Source of the DNA: Candidatus Woesearchaeota archaeon | Lineage (GTDB): Archaea; Nanobdellota; Nanobdellia; Pacearchaeales; UBA284 | Reading direction: 5' to 3' | NCBI GenBank assembly: GCA_964396475.1 | Contig: CAYNFE010000003.1 | Coordinates: 26,588-90,587 of the forward strand | DNA length: 64,000 nucleotides | Shown here: positions 35,902-45,212 of the stretch, piece by piece | How the letters are laid out: each line of letters opens with the position of its first letter | How positions within the stretch are numbered: position 1 is the first letter of the stretch | Notes under the pieces: generated by a model | Database searches by the model: none | The model's input: the letters and a program-made list of their open reading frames with translations, nothing else | What the model was told of the DNA's origin: nothing | Position numbers and translations under genes: made by a program

Positions 35902-38202
35902 ATGATTTTCAAGAAAGATATAAAATTATATGGTTATGACGTTGTGAGAGAGGCTAGCCAGGATGTAATGTATATTAATTATCTTGGTGCCCCTTATGTT
36001 CCTTCTATATCAGATTCTCCTTTAGTGATGGCCAGAACCATAGATTCTTTAATTGAATCACCAAATGTCTCTAGATTAGTTTTTGTTCAGCAGAGAAACT
36101 ACAGCCATAATTTTAGACAAGTTTCTTTATTGATAGAAATAGGACAATTGTATGTGCATCTAATAAAACAAGAAAAAGTTTTGGAGCCAACTACATTAGA
36201 ACCTTTTAGATGTAAGAGACATTTGCCTCAAAGATATGACACTATGCGTTATCTCATTCTAACCCTACTAAAACAAGATCCTATAGGTTGTTATGTCGAA
36301 GCAAAAAGACTTCTTCGAGAAGAAAAGATAGTAGTTAAAAAAATACCAAAAAGTGCAAAAGCTGAGCAGACTTGTGAGGCACACTATATCAGGCTTCTAA
36401 CAAAAATTATCTCACTTCTAGAAAATTTAACAATAATAAAAACACTGAAAGAAGGACTTTTAGGTCATAAAGTTGGTGAAAGGACATTGTACAAAGAAAT
36501 CTTTAGGCCAGAAATCGTTCCTAACTTCACATTTACTAGATTGATGTCTACTTTTCCTCCAGAAGCTGAAATCATAGAGCAATATGACATAGGACCAGAA
36601 CACGATAGAAGCACAGTAACAATTCTAAAAATTCCAGGAAGAACAAAATACATTTACCATATAATGGCTCCTGAATTTACTCTTCCAGAAAATCTTCAAA
36701 CTTTGGTGAACTTAGCTAGAAATGTCTTGCTCGAACATAAGCCAAGAGCAGAAGAATTTGTTGATCCTGCAAGAATAAGAACAGTATTCTTCAACATTGC
36801 TAGAGATTTAATTAGAGAATTAGCTGGAACAAAGAAAATCACATTAAGTTATAGAAAAATCAATAAATTAGCAACAATTCTAGTCAGACACACGATAGGT
36901 TTTGGTTTGATAGAGGTTCTTTTGCAAGATGATAAAATACAAGATATAATGATTAATGCCCCTCCTGGTATAGTGCCAATATTTGTCAGGCATCAGGAAT
37001 TTGATGAATGTGATACTAATATAATCTCAAGCCATGAAGATGCTGAATCATGGGCAGCCAAATTCAGAATGATGTCTGGAAGGCCTCTTGATGAAGCTAA
37101 TCCTGTTTTAGATACAGAACTTATTATTGGAATAGCCAGGGCAAGAGTCTCAATAATTCAACAGCCATTAAGTCCTTATGGTCTTGCCTATGCTCTCAGA
37201 AGACATAGAGAAAAGCCTTGGACCCTTCCTCTCTATATAAAAAATAAGATGATAAATCCAATCACAGCTGGAGTGCTTTCTTTCTTAATTGATGGTTCTA
37301 GAACAATGCTCATTGCTGGAACTCGTTCTAGTGGAAAAACATCTATGTTAGGAGCTTGTATGTTAGAAATCATGTCACGTTACAGAATGATTGTAATAGA
37401 AGGAACAATGGAATTACCAGTTGTTTCTTTCAGAGATTTGGGTTATGATATATTAAGAATGAAAGTACGAGAAGCTTTGGCTAGAGAAACAACTGAGTTA
37501 AGTGCAGCTGAAGGAATAAGAACTTCCTTACGTTTAGGAGATTCAAGTCTCATAGTTGGTGAAGTTAGAAGTGAAGAGGCTTTAGCATTGTATGAGGCAA
37601 TGCGTATTGGTGCTTTAGCTAATGTAGTAGCAGGAACTATTCATGGTGCATCTCCTTATGGTGTTTTTGATAGAGTTGTTAATGACTTAAAAGTCCCAGC
37701 AACAAGTTTCAAAGCAACAGACATCATACTAGTGTGTAATCCTATTAAAAGTCCTGATGGTCTTCATAGATGGAGAAGGGTTTTAGAACTAGCTGAAGTA
37801 AGAAAACACTGGACAACAGACCCTAATACAGAAAAAGGATTTCTCGATCTTTTGAAGTATGATGTTAGAAAAGATGAGCTTATTGCAACAGATGATTTAA
37901 TTAATGGAGAAAGTGAAGTCCTTAAAGATATAGCAGGAAATGTCAAGGGATGGGCAGGTTCTTGGGATGCTGTCTGGGATAATATCCTTCTCAGATCAAA
38001 AATAAAAGAAACAATAGTTAAAACATCAGACAAATTAAAAAATCCTGACATACTCGAAGCTCCCTGGGTTCTTAAATCTAATAATATGTTCCATGAAATA
38101 AGTGATAAGGTAAGGAAAGATATAGGCATACCAAAAGGAAAAAGAGTTTTCAAAGAATGGCAGGACTGGTTCAAAAAAGAAATAAAAAAGAGAAAATTAT
38201 AA
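35902..38202 (+). CDS. FlaI/VirB11/GspE-family secretion or pilus-assembly ATPase with a long N-terminal extension
   Basis: Walker A AGTRSSGKTSMLGA. LIVGEVRSEEALALYEAMRIG. His-box AGTIHGASPYGV. 766 aa, so roughly 450 aa precede the ATPase core. Confidence 0.85.
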   Translation: MIFKKDIKLYGYDVVREASQDVMYINYLGAPYVPSISDSPLVMARTIDSLIESPNVSRLVFVQQRNYSHNFRQVSLLIEIGQLYVHLIKQEKVLEPTTLEPFRCKRHLPQRYDTMRYLILTLLKQDPIGCYVEAKRLLREEKIVVKKIPKSAKAEQTCEAHYIRLLTKIISLLENLTIIKTLKEGLLGHKVGERTLYKEIFRPEIVPNFTFTRLMSTFPPEAEIIEQYDIGPEHDRSTVTILKIPGRTKYIYHIMAPEFTLPENLQTLVNLARNVLLEHKPRAEEFVDPARIRTVFFNIARDLIRELAGTKKITLSYRKINKLATILVRHTIGFGLIEVLLQDDKIQDIMINAPPGIVPIFVRHQEFDECDTNIISSHEDAESWAAKFRMMSGRPLDEANPVLDTELIIGIARARVSIIQQPLSPYGLAYALRRHREKPWTLPLYIKNKMINPITAGVLSFLIDGSRTMLIAGTRSSGKTSMLGACMLEIMSRYRMIVIEGTMELPVVSFRDLGYDILRMKVREALARETTELSAAEGIRTSLRLGDSSLIVGEVRSEEALALYEAMRIGALANVVAGTIHGASPYGVFDRVVNDLKVPATSFKATDIILVCNPIKSPDGLHRWRRVLELAEVRKHWTTDPNTEKGFLDLLKYDVRKDELIATDDLINGESEVLKDIAGNVKGWAGSWDAVWDNILLRSKIKETIVKTSDKLKNPDILEAPWVLKSNNMFHEISDKVRKDIGIPKGKRVFKEWQDWFKKEIKKRKL

Positions 38203-38239
38203 AAGAAAATATTATAAAATCCTTTTTCTTTTTTAATTA

Positions 38240-38971
38240 ATGAAAAAGTATGATGAATTAATAAAAGAAATATTACTTATCATTGTTGCATCATTATTTC
38301 TTGGTATTATCCTTACTCTAGACATCTCTTTGCCAGTAATAAGTTTTGAGCCTAGTGAATTTGGTTTAATGTTCTTATTTTCTATAATTATGTTATCTGT
38401 TTTCGTACTTGCTCAAAAATTTACAGCCTTTAGACTTGACTGTAAAATAAAAACCAAATTCCTTAGTTTCAGAAGATACTGGTTCCAACCTCCAACAGAA
38501 GGTCAGAAAGCAGAACTTCCTTTTGATTTTCCTGCCTGGCTTGCTTTGCCATTAATCTTAGCGCTAATAACAAATGGCTTCATAAGATGGTTAGCTATTC
38601 TAGATTTTGATATTAAGCCTAAAGCCTCTCGTTTAAGAAGAAGATGGCAAGAATTAAGTGAAGAGGATGTAGGAAGAATAGCCATATCAGGTCCTGTTGC
38701 AGTTCTTATTCTTGGTTTGATAGTAAGAATAGCTGGCTTTAATGAATTTGCAATCTTATGCGCCTGGCTTTCTTTCCTTGCTTTAATTCCAATAGGTCAG
38801 GGCTTTAAGATAATGAATACAGTAAGAATATCTTGGTTCTTTGCCTTTATCTTTTCTATATTCATATTACTATTGATGAATTTAACAGCAAACACTTTCG
38901 CTACGATAATAGTGGCCTTACTCATAACTGCAATAATAACAATAATTTATTATTCAACATATGAAAGATAA
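38240..38971 (+). CDS. Polytopic membrane protein, possibly a catalytically degenerate M50 (site-2 protease)-like fold
   Basis: AISGPVAVLILGLIV and LALIPIGQGFKIM parallel the GxGxxxN and NxxPxxxLDGG blocks of the true M50 at 42967-44373. The HExxH position reads AQKFT. Confidence 0.5.
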   Translation: MKKYDELIKEILLIIVASLFLGIILTLDISLPVISFEPSEFGLMFLFSIIMLSVFVLAQKFTAFRLDCKIKTKFLSFRRYWFQPPTEGQKAELPFDFPAWLALPLILALITNGFIRWLAILDFDIKPKASRLRRRWQELSEEDVGRIAISGPVAVLILGLIVRIAGFNEFAILCAWLSFLALIPIGQGFKIMNTVRISWFFAFIFSIFILLLMNLTANTFATIIVALLITAIITIIYYSTYER

Positions 38972-38989
38972 ATAAAGAATAAAACTTAA

Positions 38990-39457
38990 TTATTTCTTTT
39001 TCTCTTCTTCAGCTTCTTCTTTTGTTCTTCTTATTACTTTAACATTATCTATTTTGAATGTGACTGGGATAGGAACAGCTGCTTCAAGAAGCTCTACGAC
39101 AACTTCTTCCTTCTGTTTATTAATCCTGATAACTCTGGCTTTTTCTCTCTTGAATGGTTCTGTTAACATCTCTACAACATCACCTTTCTCAATATTGATT
39201 TGAGCAGCAACTGGCTTAACCATTGTCTCAATCTCTTTGAAAGTTATTGGTCTCTTTATGAGTCCTTTAACATAAGGTAAATTAAAGACTGCTTGCTCTG
39301 CATTCTCTGTATTAGCTGCTTCTATAATTATATAACCTCTTAAGCCATGAGGTCTAATAACTGAAAAAATCTCTAGTTTCTTCTTCTCTATTCTCCCCTC
39401 TATAAGATCAGCTGCCTGGTCTTCTTTGTTTGTTGTTACTTTAACTACAAATATCAT
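38990..39457 (-). CDS. spt5: Transcription elongation factor Spt5 (NusG)
   Basis: MIFVVKVTTNKEDQAADLI..., GYIIIEA, and KOW motif KGDVVEMLTEPFKREKARVIRI. The ATG at 39457 was chosen. Confidence 0.9.
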   Translation of the reverse strand: MIFVVKVTTNKEDQAADLIEGRIEKKKLEIFSVIRPHGLRGYIIIEAANTENAEQAVFNLPYVKGLIKRPITFKEIETMVKPVAAQINIEKGDVVEMLTEPFKREKARVIRINKQKEEVVVELLEAAVPIPVTFKIDNVKVIRRTKEEAEEEKKK

Positions 39458-39458
39458 T

Positions 39459-39653
39459 TTATAAGAAAAATAAAGTGAATATGAGTCCAATAATAAAACC
39501 AATAGCTCCTATAGCTAATATTCCTAAAGCAGAAACTTTTGATATTTGTTTTACTTCTGAAGTGGTTGGTTTTCTTGCTACTCTAAATACTCGAATGCAT
39601 TTATGATAAAATCCACTTACTTTAGTAAAGATAGATTTTTGTTGTTCTTTCAT
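39459..39653 (-). CDS. secE: Protein translocase subunit SecE / Sec61-gamma
   Basis: 64 aa. RVARKPTTSEVKQISKVSALGILAIGAIGFIIGLIF. Canonical position upstream of spt5. Confidence 0.88.
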   Translation of the reverse strand: MKEQQKSIFTKVSGFYHKCIRVFRVARKPTTSEVKQISKVSALGILAIGAIGFIIGLIFTLFFL

Positions 39654-39721
39654 CTGTTCTTAAAAAATAGAAACCTTAAAAATCTTACTTTTCTAGATTT
39701 TTTGCTTTTGTTTTTAGTTTT

Positions 39722-40813
39722 TTATTTCTTCTCTTCTCCCACAAACTCTATTCCAAGCTCTTCTTCCAGTTCTTCTTTTTCCTTATCAACTCTTCTTTCC
39801 CCTGGTCCTAATATCTGGCTGCTTTTGACTCCTGTAACAATTAACAAAACTCTTAAGGTTTTATCCATATCCTCGCTAAGCTGGGCACCCCAAATTAATT
39901 TTGCTCCAGAACTTATCTTATTTGCAATAGCCTCAATGACTTTCTTAGCCTCATCCAGAGATAGATCAAGACCACCAATAATATTAACCAAAGCTCCAGA
40001 AGCATTAGATATATCAACATCAAGAAGAGGATTTTCTATTGCTTTTTCAACTGCTTCTCCTGCTCTATCTTGACTATCACTCTCACCAACACCAATCATT
40101 GCTACGCCGCCATTACTCATCACAGCCTTAATGTCAGCAAAATCCAAATTCACAAGGCCTGCTCTTGTTACTAATTCTGTTGTGCCTTTAACAGCATTTG
40201 TCAATATCTCATCAGCAACTTTAAAGGCTGTGTGTAAAGGTAAGTCAGGGGCAAGCTCCAAAAGCTTATCATTTGGTATGACTATTAAAGTATCAACAGC
40301 ATGTTCCATCTTCTCTAAACCCAATATAGCATTCTCATATCTTCTTTGGCCTTCTATAGTAAATGGAAGTGTAACAACACCAATAGTTAAAGCACCCATC
40401 TTTCTGGCTGTCTTTGAAACAACAGGAGCAGCTCCAGTTCCTGTCCCTCCGCCTAAGCCACAAGTAATAAAAACCATATCAGCCCCATGCAACCTTTGCT
40501 TAATTTCATGCTCTGATTCATGGGCTGCTTCCTCACCAATTTGAGGATTACTTCCAGCTCCTAAGCCATGAGTTAATTCCTTCCCTATAAGAATTTTAGA
40601 ATCAGCATAGGTATAAAGTAGATCTTGAGCATCTGTATTTACAGCTATAAGCTCAGCCCCCTTAATCCCTATTTCTCTCATCCTTGATAAAGTATTACCG
40701 CCTCCGCCGCCACAACCAAAGACCTTAATTGCAGCTTTTTGTTTTGATATTATCTGCTCTAACTCCTTGTCAATATCTTGCTTTTCCTCTTCTTTAATTT
40801 CAAAGTCTGCCAT
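39722..40813 (-). CDS. ftsZ: Cell division protein FtsZ
   Basis: GCGGGGGNTLSRM, tubulin signature GLGGGTGTGAAPVV, NLDFADIK. Confidence 0.97.
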   Translation of the reverse strand: MADFEIKEEEKQDIDKELEQIISKQKAAIKVFGCGGGGGNTLSRMREIGIKGAELIAVNTDAQDLLYTYADSKILIGKELTHGLGAGSNPQIGEEAAHESEHEIKQRLHGADMVFITCGLGGGTGTGAAPVVSKTARKMGALTIGVVTLPFTIEGQRRYENAILGLEKMEHAVDTLIVIPNDKLLELAPDLPLHTAFKVADEILTNAVKGTTELVTRAGLVNLDFADIKAVMSNGGVAMIGVGESDSQDRAGEAVEKAIENPLLDVDISNASGALVNIIGGLDLSLDEAKKVIEAIANKISSGAKLIWGAQLSEDMDKTLRVLLIVTGVKSSQILGPGERRVDKEKEELEEELGIEFVGEEKK

Positions 40814-40887
40814 CTTTTTTCTTATTCCTTAAAAATCAATCTGATTTATAAATTTTAGTATTCTATAATTAGTATTTTCAAACCAAA

Positions 40888-41526
40888 CTAATCAAATTCA
40901 CACCCTAATCCCAAAAGAGATTTTATCTTTTCATTGAATTTATCCAGAATCTTTTCTACTTGCTTCTTATTCTTTATTTTAATTTTTACCTTCTTTTGTT
41001 TTTCTTCTATCTTTATATTCTCTATTTCTAATCCAAAAATTCCTGCTATTAGTTTTATTTTTTTAGAAATATCTTCTATATTTTTATTGATTTCAAATTT
41101 ATAAATAATTATTTTTCCTGCAAGAGGATTGTTAAGATCAATCAAGGTTCTGCCTCCAGTAACAGTAACTACTCTAGCAACTAATCCATTGACATTAACA
41201 AACATCCCTGGATGCGGCATTTCCTGAAAAGCGCTTAAAGGGACTGTTTTAATAAGCTTAGCATTTCTGTTTCCAAAAGCCTCTTTTGGCTGAATTTCTA
41301 TTTCATACTCTTTTCCTATATCTTTATCAACCAAGGCCTCGTCTAAACCCTTAATTACCATCCCTTCTCCAATACATACAGACATCGGTTCAAATTTGTG
41401 ATTTTTCTTTTCATCGAAAAGGTTAGCTTTTCGTGCCTCTTTTTCTTTTGTGGTATCAAAAACCTTACCCTCTTTTACAGTCGCAGTAAAATCTAATTCA
41501 ACAAAATCTCCTTTTTTTGTTTTCAT
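40888..41526 (-). CDS. FKBP-type peptidyl-prolyl cis-trans isomerase (archaeal long/SlyD-like)
   Basis: GDFVELDFTATVKEGKVFDTT, VIKGLDEALVDKDIGKEYEIEIQPKEAFG, NNPLAGK. Confidence 0.88.
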   Translation of the reverse strand: MKTKKGDFVELDFTATVKEGKVFDTTKEKEARKANLFDEKKNHKFEPMSVCIGEGMVIKGLDEALVDKDIGKEYEIEIQPKEAFGNRNAKLIKTVPLSAFQEMPHPGMFVNVNGLVARVVTVTGGRTLIDLNNPLAGKIIIYKFEINKNIEDISKKIKLIAGIFGLEIENIKIEEKQKKVKIKIKNKKQVEKILDKFNEKIKSLLGLGCEFD

Positions 41527-41548
41527 GATTCTCTAAGAAAAAATATGT

Positions 41549-41845
41549 TTAAATGTTTTTTCTTTTCTCTCCATAAATTGGTAAATTAAAATATTCAAGA
41601 AGAGGTGGTATTTTATTTATAGAGTTAACTTGTTCAGCACTTTCTATTATAGTACATGAATCATCATATTTTATTCTATTATCTATTAATTCAGCTTTGA
41701 TACACTTGACCCCTGTTTCATGATTCCCAACATAAACATAAATACCTTTCAGATGCGTTCCATTGACTTTAGCATCTAATTCCATAGATATTCCTGGGGA
41801 AAAGCTTTTGAAAAGCTCAACTAGATTTTTTTTATCTTCTGCCAT
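41549..41845 (-). CDS. Hypothetical protein
   Basis: 98-aa ORF with an ATG start. No recognisable motif. Confidence 0.45.
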   Translation of the reverse strand: MAEDKKNLVELFKSFSPGISMELDAKVNGTHLKGIYVYVGNHETGVKCIKAELIDNRIKYDDSCTIIESAEQVNSINKIPPLLEYFNLPIYGEKRKNI

Positions 41846-41952
41846 TTTAAAACAAGAGAAATAAAATTTAAATTATTTATAAATGTTATGTTTTGTTACT
41901 TTTGTGTTACATCAAACGAAAACTTTATATATTTGGTTCATTATTTTTGTCT

Positions 41953-42348
41953 ATGGTATGGAGAGATTATCTCGATGAAAGAATTAAACCTCATCTCGAA
42001 AGATTAATTATAGAAAGTATTAACTATAATAATATTTATTCATTAGCCAAGGATAAAGGAAAAGCACAATTATGGATTGCATTAGCTATATTACATAAAC
42101 AATTGCATAATGCTAATCTAAAAATTGATTATCTTGAGAAAGCCTTACAAGATGTCGCCGGTCCAAAACTAAAAAAGAAAGAATTAGCTAAGAGAAAAAA
42201 AGAGGAAAAAGAAGTGGAAAAATTCATCAAGGAACTGGCAGGCGGTAGAATAACCAAATCAAAAAAAGAGAAGAAAAAGAAAAAAAATAAGACTAGAAAA
42301 AAGAGGGGGAAAAAATTCAGTGAGATAAAAATAGCAAAATCTTTATAA
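41953..42348 (+). CDS. Hypothetical protein with a poly-Lys C-terminal region
   Basis: The ATG at 41953 (MVWRDYLDERIK...) is preferred over the TTG at 41893. A TATA-like ACTTTATATATT lies ~25 nt upstream. Confidence 0.5.
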   Translation: MVWRDYLDERIKPHLERLIIESINYNNIYSLAKDKGKAQLWIALAILHKQLHNANLKIDYLEKALQDVAGPKLKKKELAKRKKEEKEVEKFIKELAGGRITKSKKEKKKKKNKTRKKRGKKFSEIKIAKSL

Positions 42349-42371
42349 GTTCTTCTTTTCTTTCTGTTTTA

Positions 42372-42764
42372 ATGCCTTCAAAATTGGTTAATGCTACAGA
42401 ATTACGTCCAGGAAGTTTTGTTATGCTTGATAACTCAGCCTGTGTTGTTAAATCTATAGATATTAGTAAAACAGGAAAACATGGTCATGCAAAAGCAAGA
42501 ATTGAAGCTGTTAGTATTCTTGATGGGAAAAAACATATTACAGTGATGCCTGGTTCTGATCGTGTGCAAATTCCAATAATAGAAAAAAGAAGGGCTCAGG
42601 TCTTAAGTGTCAAAAAAGAAGAAAAGAAAGCCAGCATCATGGATCTCGAAAGTTTTGAGACAATAGATGTCTCGATAGATGCTAATCTTATTGATGACAT
42701 TCAAGAAGGCATACAAGTGGAATACTGGAATGTTGAAGGTATAAAAATAATTAAAAGAGTATAA
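42372..42764 (+). CDS. eif5a: Translation initiation factor 5A (aIF5A)
   Basis: Hypusination loop SKTGKHGHAKARIEAV. 130 aa. Confidence 0.95.
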   Translation: MPSKLVNATELRPGSFVMLDNSACVVKSIDISKTGKHGHAKARIEAVSILDGKKHITVMPGSDRVQIPIIEKRRAQVLSVKKEEKKASIMDLESFETIDVSIDANLIDDIQEGIQVEYWNVEGIKIIKRV

Positions 42765-42792
42765 AACTTAAAAAATATAAAATAAATACAAA

Positions 42793-42966
42793 ATGGCAAA
42801 AATAGAAGTAGCACATAACAGACTTTTCAAAAAAGTTTTTGTTTGTAAGAGATGCGGAAGTAAGATAAAAGCTCAACCAAGAAAAGTTGCAGAAGGTAAG
42901 ATAAAATGCAGAAAATGCAAGAGTAGAGCATTAAGGCCTAAAAGTAAAAAAACAGGTAAGGGATAA
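42793..42966 (+). CDS. rpl40e: 50S ribosomal protein L40e
   Basis: Not in the ORF track (57 aa). The translation is MAKIEVAHNRLFKKVFVCKRCGSKIKAQPRKVAEGKIKCRKCKSRALRPKSKKTGKG. C4 zinc ribbon and an LRPK ending, as in archaeal L40e. Confidence 0.8.
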   Translation: MAKIEVAHNRLFKKVFVCKRCGSKIKAQPRKVAEGKIKCRKCKSRALRPKSKKTGKG

Positions 42967-44373
42967 ATGTTTCCTATCTATGTTTATGACTTAATTTTTC
43001 TTTTCATTTTCAGTTTGGCAATTGCTCTATTTCTTTATAAAAATAGAAAAAGAGTGAAGATAGAATCTAAAGTTTTTTTCATGTATAGATCAAAATTTGG
43101 AATAAAATTTATGGATTGGGCAAGTAAAAAATTTTCAGGTTTGCTTAATGTTCTAAGTTATGCTTCTATAACTTCTGGATATATTATGATGATAGCTGCT
43201 TTTGCTCTTTTTTATTTGAGCATAGTCTTAATGACTTCTTTTATTACTGTCCCAAAAATCCCTCCTATAATGCCTCTTGTCCCATATCTCCCTCAACTTT
43301 TTAATCTTCCATTACCACCTTTTTATTTTTCATACTGGATAATAATAATTTTAATAGTAGCCATAACTCATGAATTTGCTCATGGTGTATTTGCAAGATT
43401 TTTTAAAATAAAAGTAAAGGCAACAGGGTTTGGTTTTTTTGGACCTTTTCTTGCAGCTTTTGTAGAACCTGATGAGAAAATGATGACAAAGAAAAGTAAG
43501 AGAGCCCAGCTAGCTATTCTAGGCGCAGGAACCTTCGCTAATTTTATTTTTGCGTTGCTCTTTATACTACTCTTACAACTTTTCTTGTTTGGATTCTATG
43601 AAATGGGTGGTATAACTGGATACATGTGTGCTATTGGGCCAGTAAATATAACAAATATAGATGAAATAGGAAATTATAGTATTGAAGAATTTTTTAATTT
43701 AAGCGATGAAGAATTACAAAACATAACTGAAACATTACCTGTGAAAGTAGATGAAAAAACTTACTATTTACAGCCAGAACTCTATATAATGTTAGAATCT
43801 GCAAAAAAAGGCAAGATTGAAACAATTTACTTGTATGAAGATACTCCCGCAATAAGAGCAAATCTATCAGGAGCTTTACAAGAAATAGATGGGGAAAAAA
43901 TAGAAAAAATGGATGATGTGTATGACATCTTAAGTTCACAAAAACCTAATGAGACAATAGAAATTAAAACCAGTGAAAAAGATTATTCTATTACTCTAAC
44001 AGAACATCCTAAAAATTCTTCAATAGGTTATCTTGGAATAGGTTTTCCTGAAATATCTGGAATAGCATCTGTTTTATCTACACTAACTTCCCCATTTTTA
44101 TCACCATACTCTTATGCAAAACCAAAATATAATCCTGAAGTATTACAGTTTATACGTGATTTATTTTTCTGGCTTATCTTAATTTGTTTCTCTGTAGCTC
44201 TATTAAATATGTTACCTTTAGGAATTCTCGACGGTGGTAAATTCATATACATAACTGCACTTGGTTTAACTGGATCAAAGAAAAAAGCTGAGCTTGTGTT
44301 TAAAATATCTGCTTTTATAGTCTTATTAATTTTCCTGATATTGATGTTAGTTTGGATAAAAAAAGCTTTTTAG
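42967..44373 (+). CDS. Site-2 protease, peptidase M50 family, with an inserted PDZ-like region
   Basis: HEFAHGVFARFF (HExxH), GAGTFANFIFA, LNMLPLGILDGGKF. Confidence 0.88.
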   Translation: MFPIYVYDLIFLFIFSLAIALFLYKNRKRVKIESKVFFMYRSKFGIKFMDWASKKFSGLLNVLSYASITSGYIMMIAAFALFYLSIVLMTSFITVPKIPPIMPLVPYLPQLFNLPLPPFYFSYWIIIILIVAITHEFAHGVFARFFKIKVKATGFGFFGPFLAAFVEPDEKMMTKKSKRAQLAILGAGTFANFIFALLFILLLQLFLFGFYEMGGITGYMCAIGPVNITNIDEIGNYSIEEFFNLSDEELQNITETLPVKVDEKTYYLQPELYIMLESAKKGKIETIYLYEDTPAIRANLSGALQEIDGEKIEKMDDVYDILSSQKPNETIEIKTSEKDYSITLTEHPKNSSIGYLGIGFPEISGIASVLSTLTSPFLSPYSYAKPKYNPEVLQFIRDLFFWLILICFSVALLNMLPLGILDGGKFIYITALGLTGSKKKAELVFKISAFIVLLIFLILMLVWIKKAF

Positions 44374-44390
44374 TTGAATTTGATTGAATC

Positions 44391-44462
44391 GGGCCGGTAG
44401 TTCAACGGCAGAATACCGCTCTCGCTAAGCGGTGGTTACGAGTTCAAATCTCGTCCGGTCCA
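44391..44462 (+). tRNA. tRNA-Ala (anticodon CGC)
   Basis: GGGCCGGTAGTTCAACGGCAGAATACCGCTCTCGCTAAGCGGTGGTTACGAGTTCAAATCTCGTCCGGTCCA. G3:U70 identity pair. Anticodon loop CTCGCTA. Confidence 0.9.
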
Positions 44463-44618
44463 TTTTTTATTTTTGATTTTTAAAATTTTAATTTTAATTT
44501 TTTCCGTCGGGAAATTTTTTTCTTTCAGCAATTTTTTCCAAAAAAAATAGAAAAGTATTTAAACTAAAAGCATCTTTTATTTTTATAAAAAAAAATTTTA
44601 AAATAAAAGAGGTTTCAA

Positions 44619-44684
44619 ATGGCAAAAAAGAAAAAGAAGAAAAAATCAAAAAAGAAAGCTAAGAAAAAGAAAAAAAAGAGATAA
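44619..44684 (+). CDS. Poly-lysine micro-ORF (21 aa), possible L41e-like peptide
   Basis: AAGAGG lies 8 nt upstream of the ATG. The translation is MAKKKKKKKSKKKAKKKKKKR. Its size and charge resemble eL41, but A-rich DNA can give such an ORF by chance. Confidence 0.25.
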   Translation: MAKKKKKKKSKKKAKKKKKKR

Positions 44685-44719
44685 ATAACATTTAATTTTT
44701 TTGTTTTTATTTTTTATTT

Positions 44720-45082
44720 TTATAATTTAATTATTCCTTCTTTTGTAAGAATCACAAATTTTATACCTACTGGTAGCTGTAAAAGAGCTGATATCAAAGC
44801 CATATGTTCTTTGCCTTTTCCACTTGCTATGCTTAATGCAACTTCTGTACCTTGAATTTTATCTTTTAAATTTTCTCTTATCTGTTTAATGGTATCTTCA
44901 ATACTTTTATCAAAATCTACAGCTATGATTTCTAATTCTTTATCAAAATTAAATTTGCTGATTGTTGATCTAAAAAAATCGCTAGTAATAATAATTATTT
45001 TATCCCACTGACCTCTATTTATTAAACCTATTACTTGACCCCACGTTCCTTTTCCACTAGAAAGTAATGCAATAAATTCCAT
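44720..45082 (-). CDS. Small Rossmann-like protein (possibly CARF-like), function unknown
   Basis: Beta-strand plus Gly loop FIALLSSGKGTWGQ, and late LSIASGKGKEHMALISALL resembling the CARF TGGTK segment. Confidence 0.45.
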   Translation of the reverse strand: MEFIALLSSGKGTWGQVIGLINRGQWDKIIIITSDFFRSTISKFNFDKELEIIAVDFDKSIEDTIKQIRENLKDKIQGTEVALSIASGKGKEHMALISALLQLPVGIKFVILTKEGIIKL

Positions 45083-45212
45083 CTCATTAGTTCGACTAAA
45101 GAATATATAAATATTATTGAGATTTTTGGAAAGTTTAGAAAAAACTGAAAACTAAAAATTTATAATCTTATTTTCTTTTCTTTACTCTAAGATGCTCTAA
45201 AATACAAATACA

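Noticed and set aside
39603-40544. Two + strand ORFs of 156 and 137 aa.
   Set aside because: Both are antisense to the unambiguous ftsZ gene, and their products are S/P-rich and low-complexity.
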